Source of the DNA: an uncultured Acidobacteriota bacterium
GTDB taxonomy: Bacteria; Acidobacteriota; Thermoanaerobaculia; UBA5066
Direction: 5' to 3'
DNA: 64,000 nt
Assembly (NCBI GenBank): GCA_963779415.1
Contig: CAVZYA010000001.1
Coordinates: 864,001-928,000, forward strand
The position numbers and the translations under genes were made by a program. Shown here piece after piece: positions 38,909 through 48,389 of this stretch. Positions within the stretch are counted from its first letter, which is position 1. Each line of letters opens with the position of its first letter. The notes below the pieces were generated by a model that ran no database searches, was not told where the DNA came from, and saw only the letters and a program-made list of their open reading frames with translations.

Positions 38909-39967
38909 ATGCACTTACGAACGGCCGCCCTCGCCGCCCTGCTTGGCGCGAGCCTGCCGTCCCTGGCCCAGACGCCCCAGACCGGAAACGTCTTCAACCC
39001 GAACATCTCCGCGATCGGGGATTTCCTCGCCTCGACCGGGCACAACGAAGTCGACCCGATGCCGAGCCTCGCCCTCCACGAGGCGGAGCTCGGACTCCAG
39101 GCGATCGTCGACCCGTACGCCCGGGCCGACTTCTTCCTGACCTACGGGACTGATACCGGGGACGTCGCGGTCGAGGAGGGGTACGTCACCTTCCTGAACC
39201 TCCCCGGCGACATCCTCCTGAAGGCCGGCAAGCTGAAGGGAGCCTTCGGGAAGCTGAACACCGAGCATCTGCACGTCCGCCTCTTCGCCGACGTGCCGCT
39301 GCCGATGCAGAACCTCCTCGGAAGCGAGGACGGGATCGAAGACGCGGGAATCTCGATCTCGCGAATCATCCCGGCGCCGGCGGGGATCTTCCTCGAGGCG
39401 ACGGCGCAGCTCTTTCGCGGCACGACCGAGAATCTCTTCTACGCGTACACGCGAAGCGACGTCGAGCCCCTCTTCCACCTGAAGGGCTACGGAGACCTTT
39501 CCGAGTCGGCGAATCTCGAGATCGGCGGATCGTGGACGCAGGGGAGCAACCTCCAGGGGCCCGGCTACCGGACCAGCCTCACGGGGGTCGACGCGACGTA
39601 CCGCTGGAGGCCGCTCCAGCAGGGCCTCTACCACTCCCTCATCGTCCAGGCCGAGCTCTACCTCTCGGACCGGGAGGCGCCCGGGGGAACGGTCCACGCG
39701 GCCGGGTTCTACGCGCTCGCGCAATACCAGCTCGGGCGCCGCTGGTTCGCCGGCTACCGGCACGACGAGTCGGACCACGCGGACGACGCCTCGCTCCACG
39801 ACCGGGGCAACTCGCTGATGCTCACCTTCTGGCCCTCGGAGTTTTCCCAGATCCGGGCGCAGTTGCGCCAGAACCGGTACGAACTCGTCACCGGAATCTC
39901 CCAGGCGACCGAACTGATCCTCCAACTGCAGTTCTCGATCGGCGCCCACGGCGCCCACACCTTCTGA
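38909..39967 (+). CDS. Outer-membrane protein associated with Zn/Mn ABC uptake
   Basis: RBS AAGGAG, signal peptide, NPNIS, VDPYARAD, FGKLNTEHLH, PSEFS, C-terminal IGAHGAHTF. Confidence 0.8.
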   Translation: MHLRTAALAALLGASLPSLAQTPQTGNVFNPNISAIGDFLASTGHNEVDPMPSLALHEAELGLQAIVDPYARADFFLTYGTDTGDVAVEEGYVTFLNLPGDILLKAGKLKGAFGKLNTEHLHVRLFADVPLPMQNLLGSEDGIEDAGISISRIIPAPAGIFLEATAQLFRGTTENLFYAYTRSDVEPLFHLKGYGDLSESANLEIGGSWTQGSNLQGPGYRTSLTGVDATYRWRPLQQGLYHSLIVQAELYLSDREAPGGTVHAAGFYALAQYQLGRRWFAGYRHDESDHADDASLHDRGNSLMLTFWPSEFSQIRAQLRQNRYELVTGISQATELILQLQFSIGAHGAHTF

Positions 39968-39968
39968 C

Positions 39969-40892
39969 ATGAAAAAGAAGCTTCTTCTCGCCGCCGCCCT
40001 CCTCCTCGCGTTCCTCGCCCCCGCTCCGGCCCGGGCCGCCCGAAAGCTCCGGGTCGTCACGACGCTCTCGGACTTCGCCTCGCTCGCCCAGACGGTCGGC
40101 GGAGACCGCGTCGACGCGTCCTCGCTCGCGAAGGGGTACCAGGACCCCCACTTCGTCGAGCCGAAGCCGTCGTTCATCCTGAGGCTCCACGACGCCGACC
40201 TCTTGATCGTGGCCGGACTGGAGCTCGAGATCGGCTACCTTCCACCCCTCCTCGACCAGGCGCGCAACGACGCGATCCGCCCGTCGGGCAAGGGATATCT
40301 CGACGCCTCCATCGGCTGCGAGATCCTCGACAAGCCGACGACCCAGGTCACACGGGCGATGGGCGACGTCCATCCGTACGGCAACCCGCACTTCTGGCTC
40401 GCCCCGGCGAACGGGCGCGTCATCGCCGAGGCGATCGCCGCGAAACTCTCCGAGCTCGACCCGGACGGGGCGGCCGTCTACCGGAAGAACCTCGCCGACT
40501 TCGAAGCCCGCCTCGCGGAGGCGGAGGCGCGCTGGACGAAGATGATGGCGCCGTACGCCGGGACGAAGGTCGTCACCTATCACAGCTCCTGGCCCAACTT
40601 CGCGAAGTACTTCAATCTCGACGTGGTCGGCTTTCTCGAGCCGAAGCCCGGCGTCCCGCCGACGCCGCAGCACAAGCTCGAGATCATCAACCTGATGCTC
40701 GAGAAGAAAGTTCCGCTCATCCTGATGGAGGTCTACTTCGACCGGAAGGACCCGGACTTCGTCGCGCAGAAGACCGGCGCGAAGGTCGTGATGCTCACGC
40801 CGTCGGTCGGCGGGCTGCCGGAGGCCAGGGACTACATCGCCCTCTTCGACGTCGACATCGGCTTGATCGTCCGGGCGCTCGGAGGGAAGTAG
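39969..40892 (+). CDS. Metal (Zn/Mn) ABC substrate-binding protein, cluster A-I
   Basis: QDPHFVEPKP, GDVHPYGNPHFWL, TYHSSW, EPKPGVPP. Confidence 0.9.
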   Translation: MKKKLLLAAALLLAFLAPAPARAARKLRVVTTLSDFASLAQTVGGDRVDASSLAKGYQDPHFVEPKPSFILRLHDADLLIVAGLELEIGYLPPLLDQARNDAIRPSGKGYLDASIGCEILDKPTTQVTRAMGDVHPYGNPHFWLAPANGRVIAEAIAAKLSELDPDGAAVYRKNLADFEARLAEAEARWTKMMAPYAGTKVVTYHSSWPNFAKYFNLDVVGFLEPKPGVPPTPQHKLEIINLMLEKKVPLILMEVYFDRKDPDFVAQKTGAKVVMLTPSVGGLPEARDYIALFDVDIGLIVRALGGK

Positions 40893-40893
40893 C

Positions 40894-41727
40894 GTGTCGA
40901 TCTTCCAGATCCTCCTTCCGGCCTTCGTGGCGGCCGTCATCCTGACCGGGATCCACGCCTACCTCGGCGTCCACGTGGTGGAGCGCGGCGTCATCTTCGT
41001 GGACCTCTCCCTGGCGCAGATCGCCGCGTTCGGCGGCACCGTCGGCTACCTCGCCGGCTACGACATCCACTCGCCAATGGCGTATGTCTTCTCGCTCGGC
41101 TTCACCGTCCTCGGAGCCGCCATCTTCGCGTTCACCCGCGTTCACCGCCGGACCCGGATCCCGCAGGAGGCGATCATCGGGATCGTCTACGCCGTGGCCG
41201 CGGCCGCCTCGGTCCTCGTGATGTCCAAGGCGACCCGCGAGACGGAGCACCTGAAAGAGATGCTCGTCGGGAACATCCTCTCGGTCTCCTGGGAGGAGCT
41301 CGGGAAGACCGCCGTTCTCTACGCGCTCGTCGGCCTCTTCCACTTCGTCTTCCGCAAGAGGTTCCTTCTCATCTCCCGGGACGAGCCCGAAGCCGAGCGG
41401 CAGGGCATCAACATCCGCTTCTGGGACTTCCTCTTCTACGTCTCGTTCGGGTTCGTCGTGACGAGCTCCGTGGCGATCGCGGGCGTTCTCCTCGTCTTTT
41501 CGTTCCTCATCGTGCCGTCGGTCGCCGCGATGCTCTTTTCCGAGCGGCTCGGAATCCGGCTCTTGATCGGCTGGACGATGGGGGTCGGCGTCTCGGCGGC
41601 CGGCGTCGCCCTCTCGTTCTTCCTCGACCTGCCGACGGGCACCGCGATCGTCGTCACCTTCGGAATCACCCTCGTTCTCCTGGCCGGGATCCGGTGGGCG
41701 TTCGGGCTCCGCTCCGCCCGGGCCTGA
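40894..41727 (+). CDS. Metal ABC permease (ABC-3)
   Basis: HVVERGVIFVDL, EAIIG, GNILSV, GVLLVFSFLIVP. Confidence 0.9.
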   Translation: MSIFQILLPAFVAAVILTGIHAYLGVHVVERGVIFVDLSLAQIAAFGGTVGYLAGYDIHSPMAYVFSLGFTVLGAAIFAFTRVHRRTRIPQEAIIGIVYAVAAAASVLVMSKATRETEHLKEMLVGNILSVSWEELGKTAVLYALVGLFHFVFRKRFLLISRDEPEAERQGINIRFWDFLFYVSFGFVVTSSVAIAGVLLVFSFLIVPSVAAMLFSERLGIRLLIGWTMGVGVSAAGVALSFFLDLPTGTAIVVTFGITLVLLAGIRWAFGLRSARA

Positions 41728-41736
41728 AACCGGAAC

Positions 41737-41760
41737 AGGGCCGGCGCGAAGCCGGCCCTT
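41737..41760. terminator. Hairpin between convergent genes, candidate terminator
   Basis: AGGGCCGGC-GCGAA-GCCGGCCCT 9-bp perfect stem with only short U tails. Confidence 0.5.
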
Positions 41761-41784
41761 CCTGATTCGGTGATCCGAACGCCG

Positions 41785-42495
41785 TCAGCCGGCTTTCGCG
41801 AGGTTTTCCGCGGCGAACTCCCAGTTGACCAGCTTCTCGAGATACGCGGTGATGTAGTCGGGGCGCCTGTTCTGCCAGTCCAGGTAGTAGGCATGCTCCC
41901 AGACGTCCATCGTCAGGAGCGGCGTGGCGGCGGTCGTGAGCGGCGTTTCGGCGTTCGGAGTCTTTGCGCACTTCAACTTTCCGCCGTCGAGAACGAGCCA
42001 GGCCCAGCCGCTGCCGAACTGGGTCACCCCGGTCGTCGCGAACTCCTTCTTGAAGTTCTCGAGCCCGCCGAAGTCCTTCTCGATCATCTCCTTCAGCTTC
42101 CCCGACGGAGAGCCGCCCCCCTTGGGCCTCATGCTCTTCCAGTAGAAGGTGTGGTTCCAGACCTGCGCCGCGTTGTTGAAGATCCCGGCCTTGTCGGGCT
42201 TCCCCGCGACGGCCCTGACGATCTTCTCGAGGGGCAGGTCGGCCAGCTCGGTCCCGGCGATCAGCTTGTTCGTGTTGTCCACGTATGCCTTGTGGTGCTT
42301 GCCGTAGTGGAAGGAGATCGTGTTCGCAGAGATCTCCGGGGCGAGGGCGTTGTCGGAGTACGGGAGAGGCGGAAGTTCGATCATCGAGGCTCCTTTCAGG
42401 ATTGCCGGCGAGCCGAGAACCACCGCCGCGGCGCCGGTCGCCACGACGAGGTCGCGTCGTGTGAGCATAGAGGATTCGCTCCGGCCGTTGGTCAT
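41785..42495 (-). CDS. sodB: Fe superoxide dismutase with twin-arginine signal
   Basis: TRRDLV Tat motif. HYGKHH, FNNAAQVWNH (Fe-type), FGSGWAW, DVWEHAYY. Confidence 0.9.
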   Translation of the reverse strand: MTNGRSESSMLTRRDLVVATGAAAVVLGSPAILKGASMIELPPLPYSDNALAPEISANTISFHYGKHHKAYVDNTNKLIAGTELADLPLEKIVRAVAGKPDKAGIFNNAAQVWNHTFYWKSMRPKGGGSPSGKLKEMIEKDFGGLENFKKEFATTGVTQFGSGWAWLVLDGGKLKCAKTPNAETPLTTAATPLLTMDVWEHAYYLDWQNRRPDYITAYLEKLVNWEFAAENLAKAG

Positions 42496-42573
42496 GGCTC
42501 CCCTTTTCGCATCCGCATCCCATTATCCGACGGAAAAAGCCGAGCGGATGCCCGCCGGCGCGGCTCGGAGGCC

Positions 42574-45012
42574 TCAGAAGAGAAACGTGAGCTTCCCGGC
42601 GACCGTCCGGGGCGGGATGACGTGGGTTCCGCCGAAGACGGACTGGAAATTATAGAGACCCTGAACGTCGAAGGCGTTGAGGAGGTCGACCTGAAGCTCG
42701 AGCGGAAGGCCATACTTCTGGAGGCCCGCGCCGATGGAAAAGTTCCAGATCGTCCGCGACTTCACGCGCTGAGGGTCCTCGTTGAAGTTGATGTAGGGAG
42801 CGGCATAGGCCGTGTCGGGGCTCGAGAGAACGTCCTGGATCGTCCCGGCGTCCGTGACGAGGCCCGAATCGTACCGCTGCGTCATGCCGACCCAGACCCC
42901 CGTGCTCCCGAAGTTGTAGAAGAGGCCCACCTGCTCCTGGATGTCCTGGTCGTGGTCGATGACGAAGCAACCGCCTTCGAGAGACGACAGAAAGTCGGCC
43001 GTCAGGAAGAGGCCGCCGACGTTCGGATTGCAATACACCGCGTGCACGTGTCCGATCGACGCGTACCCGTAAAGGCCGCCGAGGACGGGGGCCAGGTCGA
43101 GCCGGACGTTCCAGCCGTTCAGCTTCCCGCTCGCGAAGTTGAGAGGGAAGACGATGCCCGTATTGAAGAACTGGTCCTGATCGGCGGCGTTCGTCACGTT
43201 CCGGTACCAGTACGAGACGTCCAGCCGCAGCTTCGTCCCGATCCCCTGCTGGACCCCGACGTTGTAGACGTCGTGCCGCTCCGAGACGTTGTAGAGGTCG
43301 CCCCCCCCTAGCTGCGGCGCCTCCTGGATCTGGGGCGGGGCGATCGACGCCGCCTGGGGTGACGAGGAGAGAAGGATGTTCTCGTACTCCGGCGTAATGA
43401 ACATCCGGTCGTAGGAAGCCCGGAAGACGGTGTTCGTGGCCCCCAGGAAATAGGCGACGCCGACGCGAGGCTGGAGCTGGTGCTCGGATTCGAAGAGATA
43501 GTTGTGGTCGAACCGGATGCCGACATTCGCGGTCAGGTCGTTCCACCGGATGCTGTCCTGGAGAAATCCGGCGACGTAAGCGCCCGTCCTCGATCCCGTG
43601 AAGTAGAAGGGGGAGCCTCCCCGCGTTCCGTCGTACGGGGCGAGGTTCGGGTTGTAGCTCTCCGACGCCGGGTCGTTGTAGGCCGGGTCGGTCACGAGGA
43701 AGGAAAACTGCTCCGAGATCGGAAAGCGCTTCGCCTGGATGCCGGCCTTGAATTCGTTGATCCCGATCGTCTTCGACAGGGCGACGTTGAATCCCTGGTT
43801 CTCGAGCGACCGGTTCTGGTCCGCCTGGACAGGGGTGTCGAAGGACGACCCGTAGAGGATCAGGCGGTTGTCCCGCGCGTAGAGCTGTCCCTCCAGCACC
43901 CAGGCGTCCCCGAAGACGTGCTGGTAGCCGAGGTTGAGGTTCCAGTCGTTCGAGACCACCTGGTCGCTCTGCCCGGCCAGCTCCTGGGACGGGAGGTTCG
44001 TGACGTCGCGCTCCGTCCGCCCGAGGTTGGCGCTGAGCCTCCAGCTGTCCGATGCGCTCGCCGAGACCGAATCGAGGCGCACGAAGCCGCGTACCGCGCT
44101 TCCCGTGTTGTGGGAGTTGTCGAACGAGACTGGATCGAGAAACCGGTCGGAGCGCGAAGCGTCCGCGTCGGCGAACCAGCCGAACCGGCTGTCGCCCCCT
44201 CCGGCCGAGACCGAGCCGACTCCCGTCCCGAACGAGGCGCCTCCCAGGGAAACCTCGCCCCTGACTCCGTTGGTCCCGAGGCCCGACCGGGTCGTCAGGT
44301 TGATGACGCCATTCGCCTTCTCTCCGTATTCCGCCGGGATCCCCCCCGTGATGACCTCGACGCCCTCGGCGACTCCGGGATTGAGGGAGTTCGAGAACGT
44401 GATGCCGATCTGGTCTCCGATCGGCTGGCCGTCGACGACGAGGAGCTGCTGCGAGTGTCCTCCCTGGAAGTGGTACCGCCCGTTCTCGTCCTGCGAGAAG
44501 CCGGGGGTCGACGTCACGAGCGACTCGAAGGCCCGGCTCGGCATTCCGCCCGGGGACCGCCGGATGAGCGACTTGTCGATGTCCACGTGCGTGGACGGGT
44601 CGTCGGTCTCCAGCGCGACCGGCTCCTTCTCGGCCTCGACCGTGGTCGATGCCGTGGCCGAGAGGCTCAGGACGATGTCCCGGACCACCGGTGCGGAGCC
44701 TCTCACGTCCAGATCGGTGTGATAGGGAGCGAAGCCGTCCAGAGAGGCGGTGAGGTGATAGGGGTTGGCGGGGACGTTGTAGAGGAGGTAGGCACCGTCC
44801 AGCCCGGACGTCGCCTGCTGGCGATACCCGGTGATGTCATTCGTCAGGGCGATGCTCACGCCGGGGAGCGGCATGCCGTCGGGGCCGATGACGTGCCCCC
44901 GGACCCGGCCGGCAACGGCGGTCATTGCAGAGACGGGACGGGAGACGACGACGGCAACCAAGAGAAAGACGAGCGCAAACGCGACGCGGCGAGCGATGTC
45001 TCTGGGCCTCAT
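42574..45012 (-). CDS. TonB-dependent receptor with N-terminal carboxypeptidase-regulatory-like domain
   Basis: RBS AAGGAGG, signal peptide, plug motifs VDGQPI and ITGGIPAEYG..GVINL, PRVG, NAFD, terminal Phe. Confidence 0.92.
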   Translation of the reverse strand: MRPRDIARRVAFALVFLLVAVVVSRPVSAMTAVAGRVRGHVIGPDGMPLPGVSIALTNDITGYRQQATSGLDGAYLLYNVPANPYHLTASLDGFAPYHTDLDVRGSAPVVRDIVLSLSATASTTVEAEKEPVALETDDPSTHVDIDKSLIRRSPGGMPSRAFESLVTSTPGFSQDENGRYHFQGGHSQQLLVVDGQPIGDQIGITFSNSLNPGVAEGVEVITGGIPAEYGEKANGVINLTTRSGLGTNGVRGEVSLGGASFGTGVGSVSAGGGDSRFGWFADADASRSDRFLDPVSFDNSHNTGSAVRGFVRLDSVSASASDSWRLSANLGRTERDVTNLPSQELAGQSDQVVSNDWNLNLGYQHVFGDAWVLEGQLYARDNRLILYGSSFDTPVQADQNRSLENQGFNVALSKTIGINEFKAGIQAKRFPISEQFSFLVTDPAYNDPASESYNPNLAPYDGTRGGSPFYFTGSRTGAYVAGFLQDSIRWNDLTANVGIRFDHNYLFESEHQLQPRVGVAYFLGATNTVFRASYDRMFITPEYENILLSSSPQAASIAPPQIQEAPQLGGGDLYNVSERHDVYNVGVQQGIGTKLRLDVSYWYRNVTNAADQDQFFNTGIVFPLNFASGKLNGWNVRLDLAPVLGGLYGYASIGHVHAVYCNPNVGGLFLTADFLSSLEGGCFVIDHDQDIQEQVGLFYNFGSTGVWVGMTQRYDSGLVTDAGTIQDVLSSPDTAYAAPYINFNEDPQRVKSRTIWNFSIGAGLQKYGLPLELQVDLLNAFDVQGLYNFQSVFGGTHVIPPRTVAGKLTFLF

Positions 45013-45019
45013 GGGGATT

Positions 45020-45385
45020 CGAGCCTCCTTCTGATGAATCAGGCAGGAAAGGAGACCGCGGCAGGCGGCCTCCCGGACCACGGACGACGGGCGTCTCTAC
45101 GCGGCCGGGAGACGGGGCGGGGAACGCCCCGTGAGATCCGGAAGGGACGGCCGGGCGACAGGGGTCTCTGCAGACGGCACGACCCCGGGCACCGAGCCCG
45201 GCTGAGCGACGATTGTCGGACCGGCGGCACCTTCGTGGGCGCTCGCGAGAGCGCACGCGAGGCACGCTCCGTCCTGCGTTCCCGTCGCCGCAGCGTGGGC
45301 GTGAAGCCCTGCAAGCGCTGCCAGGAAGAGCGCGAGAAGCCCCGCGGAGAGGAGGCGACGCGCGAGTCCCCTCATGGGTTCGGGA
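45020..45385 (-). repeat. Copy A of a duplicated leader-ORF plus UTR module
   Basis: Near-identical to 48390..48758 over the uORF and the downstream UTR through the AAGGAGG SD. Confidence 0.85.
45097..45375 (-). CDS. Leader peptide, DUF2946/CruR-like (TM-HxH-CxxC-RSPP)
   Basis: LHAH, CLAC, GRSPP. Upstream of the TonB receptor and paralogous to 48470..48748. Confidence 0.8.
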   Translation of the reverse strand: MRGLARRLLSAGLLALFLAALAGLHAHAAATGTQDGACLACALASAHEGAAGPTIVAQPGSVPGVVPSAETPVARPSLPDLTGRSPPRLPAA

Positions 45386-45439
45386 ATTCTGGCAAGTGCG
45401 TCCTAGTCATCCGTCTCGTGCCCCGACAATTCGGTTTCC

Positions 45440-47893
45440 CTACTGCGGGAGGAGCGTCGCCGGGTCGTTCGTCCCGTTGTTGACGAGCGAGGCGAATCCC
45501 GTGAAGGTCGCTCCCGGAGTCGTCGTCCAGACGACGAGGGTCCCCGCCGATCCTTTTGGCGCCCCGACGCCCGTCGTGACGACCCGGTTGATCTGCGTCA
45601 TCCCGAGCTGCGCGAGTGTCACGCTCTGCGTCGTTCCGAGCTGCGTCCCGTCGTCGGCGTACAGGGCGTAACCGACGGTGATCGGGTAGGGGGTGACCCC
45701 TCCGTCCGGCGGCCCGTTCACGAGGACGAGGTTGGTCCTCACCTTGTCATCCTCGCGGACTCCCACGATCGCCACATTCGTCCCGGGCCGGAACCACGAC
45801 GCACTCGGGATCCCCGGCACGCTCTGGCCGAAGCGCCCCGGCCCGGATGGCGCCGGGGTCGTCGTCACGCTGTCGATGGCGAGACCCGGCGAGCTGCTCG
45901 TGACGAGGATGGCGCCGAAGTCCCGGTTCGACGAAAGGCCGAAGACAGAGCCGAGGACGTCGCGGAACGTGTAAGCCGTCTGCGGGTTCAGCGAGTAGCT
46001 CTTCGTCGGTCCCGTGCTTCCGTCGGGCGTCCCGAACGCGAGATAGCGCAGCGTCACGTTCGCCGACGTGGAGCCGACGTTCGCGAGGAAGAAGTCGGTG
46101 GTGTACATGGCCGGGGCTGCCACCGTGCCGCCGGCGGACCGGGCGACCGAGGGGACGATGAAGCTGGCGGCGCCGCTTCCGCCGAACCCGGTCGAGGCGA
46201 AGAGAGTCGCCGGGTCGTTCGTCCCGAGATTGTCGAGGAGGGAGGCGAAGGCCGTGAAGGCGCCCCCCGAGGTCGTCGTCGAGAGCGTGATCGTCGCGTT
46301 GGACGTGCTGCGGGTCCCCGTGATCGTCTGGATGACTCGGGGGAGCTGGGTCATCTCCAGCGGCTGCAGCGTCGGCGGCGTCAGCGTCCCGAGGTTCGCG
46401 CCGTTGTCGTCCCGGAGGCCGATCAGAACGTCGAGCGGCTGGTCGGTGGTGTTGACGAGGACGAGGTTCGTCCGGGCGGTGGAATCCTCACGGACTCCGG
46501 CGATCGCTCCCGGGGAGCCGGGCGAGATGAGCTGGGACGCCATCACCGCCGGAACGCTCTGGCCGAAGGCTCCCGTGCCGTCGGGCGTCGGGGTCGTCGT
46601 GACGCTCGAGACCTTCAGCGACGCCGAATTCGCGCTGACCCGGATCGCGCCGTAGTTGTTCCCCGTGAGGCCGAAAAGAGACGAGAGGACGTCCGCGTAG
46701 GTGAGGGCGTCCCCCGGGGCCACCGTCGCCGTCAGCTCGGGGCCCGAGGTCCCGTCCCCGTCGTGGCCGAGAAACTTGAATATCATGGTCGCGTCCGAGG
46801 ACCCTTCGTTCGCGACGAAGAGGTCCGTCGTGAAAAACGCCGGGGCGGCCGGCGTGCCGCCGGCCGTATGGGCGACCGATGCGACGTAGTAGTACGTCGG
46901 ACCGATCGGCGACGAGCCCCACCAGCCGATGTCCCGGAGGGCGTTCGGCGTGATGTCGACCCCGATCGGGAGATCGTCGTTGATGACCGGCTCCATCAGG
47001 ATGTCCGGGACGCACGACGTGTCCCAGTGCGACACGTTCGAGCCCGCCTGCACCGGGTTCGGCGCGTAGAGGAGCATCTGCCCGGCCGTGTTCATCCCCT
47101 TTCGCTGGACGAGGTACGCCGCCCCCGCCGCGTTCGCGGACGGGCCGGTCCAGACGAGGTTCCCCGTGTTGATCGCCGAAGCTTGCCGCTCGGCATCCGT
47201 CGCCATGTCGTTCCAGCTCTTCTTCGCCGTCGTGTCGTAGACGAAGGCGTCGAAAATGTCGGGCTGCGGCTGGTCTTGACAGCAGAACGTACCGGTCGTC
47301 TCGTCCGCGAGAGAGAGGAAGCCGAGGCCGTGGGCCGTCTCGTGAAGAGCGACCGTCAGGAGGTTGATGTCGCCGGAAGGGGTGTTCGTGTCGAAGCCGT
47401 AATAAAAATTGGTTCCGCTCAGGCAGCCGGACTGCCCCAGCATGCTGTTGAACTGCGTCGTCATGTATCCGACGTACCCTGCTTCGTAGGGGGGCTCGAG
47501 GTCGTAGCCCGCGAGCTGGCTCGCCTCGGCCACGACGTACCAGACGCCCGGGAGGACTCCGTCGGCGAAATCGGACTCGACGTAGTTCGGCGACGTCCCT
47601 CCGAGGACAGCCGTCGTCGATGAGCACGAGAGGGACTCGAAAGAGGCCCAAACGGTGATGTTGACGTTCCCGGGAAGGATGCCGCCCCAGATATCGGCGG
47701 CCTTTTGCAGCACGTTCATCCGCTGCTGGCCGATCGTCGTCCCGGGGTTTCCGCCGACGGGCGTGGCCGGTGTCGGGTCGTTCAGTCCCTGACCGGCGGC
47801 GTCCTTGTTGACGATCGTGATCGTCACGGCATGGGCGGGGAGGACGGCGAGAAAGACGAGAAGGACCGCGAGAAGAAGCGTCGTCCGGCGCAT
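45440..47893 (-). CDS. Secreted zinc metallopeptidase-like protein with C-terminal tandem repeat domains
   Basis: Signal peptide, NDPTP..PVGGNPGTT, HETAHGLGF (HEXXH), SHWD..LMEP. Two C-terminal repeats (TTDxFxAN / RTNLVLVN / FASL..N.GTNDP). Confidence 0.82.
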   Translation of the reverse strand: MRRTTLLLAVLLVFLAVLPAHAVTITIVNKDAAGQGLNDPTPATPVGGNPGTTIGQQRMNVLQKAADIWGGILPGNVNITVWASFESLSCSSTTAVLGGTSPNYVESDFADGVLPGVWYVVAEASQLAGYDLEPPYEAGYVGYMTTQFNSMLGQSGCLSGTNFYYGFDTNTPSGDINLLTVALHETAHGLGFLSLADETTGTFCCQDQPQPDIFDAFVYDTTAKKSWNDMATDAERQASAINTGNLVWTGPSANAAGAAYLVQRKGMNTAGQMLLYAPNPVQAGSNVSHWDTSCVPDILMEPVINDDLPIGVDITPNALRDIGWWGSSPIGPTYYYVASVAHTAGGTPAAPAFFTTDLFVANEGSSDATMIFKFLGHDGDGTSGPELTATVAPGDALTYADVLSSLFGLTGNNYGAIRVSANSASLKVSSVTTTPTPDGTGAFGQSVPAVMASQLISPGSPGAIAGVREDSTARTNLVLVNTTDQPLDVLIGLRDDNGANLGTLTPPTLQPLEMTQLPRVIQTITGTRSTSNATITLSTTTSGGAFTAFASLLDNLGTNDPATLFASTGFGGSGAASFIVPSVARSAGGTVAAPAMYTTDFFLANVGSTSANVTLRYLAFGTPDGSTGPTKSYSLNPQTAYTFRDVLGSVFGLSSNRDFGAILVTSSSPGLAIDSVTTTPAPSGPGRFGQSVPGIPSASWFRPGTNVAIVGVREDDKVRTNLVLVNGPPDGGVTPYPITVGYALYADDGTQLGTTQSVTLAQLGMTQINRVVTTGVGAPKGSAGTLVVWTTTPGATFTGFASLVNNGTNDPATLLPQ

Positions 47894-47897
47894 CTCG

Positions 47898-48383
47898 TCA
47901 CTTCTCCTCGGCGGCGGGCTTGGCCGCGGGGGCGGGGGCTTTCAGGGCTTCGCCGACCTTCGAAGCCGGCACGCACTCCTCGGAGAGCGTTCCGTCCGCG
48001 TTCTTCCGGACGACGGAATAACGGAAGTACTCGGGGCCTAGCTGCGCCCGCCTCCGCCCCGACGGGAGAGTTTCGACGGTCGTCGTCCGGACCCCCTTCG
48101 AGAAGGCCGGCTTGATCGCCGCCCCCGCGGCGCGAAGAGCCTCGATCTCCTTCGCCGTCGGCGCGCGAAGCTTCCCGGTGTCCGGATCCCTCACCACGAT
48201 CATCCGCGGTGCGGTCTTGCCGGCAGGCTCGGCGGCCGCCGGGGACTTCGGCGCGTCGCAGGCTGGCACAGTTTCCTTCGTGTCTCCTGCGAGAGCGCCA
48301 GTCGAGGCGAATAGAGCCCCCGCGAGAACCACCAATCCCGTCGGAGAAATCTTCATGCGGCAGGTACTGTTCCGGAGTGTCAT
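47898..48383 (-). CDS. Small secreted protein (RDPDTGKLRAPT motif, post-PEP-CTERM-1-like)
   Basis: SD AAGGAGG 10 nt upstream, signal peptide, VVRDPDTGKLRAPT, YSVVRKNADGTL..EC. Alternative start at 48356. Confidence 0.75.
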   Translation of the reverse strand: MTLRNSTCRMKISPTGLVVLAGALFASTGALAGDTKETVPACDAPKSPAAAEPAGKTAPRMIVVRDPDTGKLRAPTAKEIEALRAAGAAIKPAFSKGVRTTTVETLPSGRRRAQLGPEYFRYSVVRKNADGTLSEECVPASKVGEALKAPAPAAKPAAEEK

Positions 48384-48389
48384 GACCTT

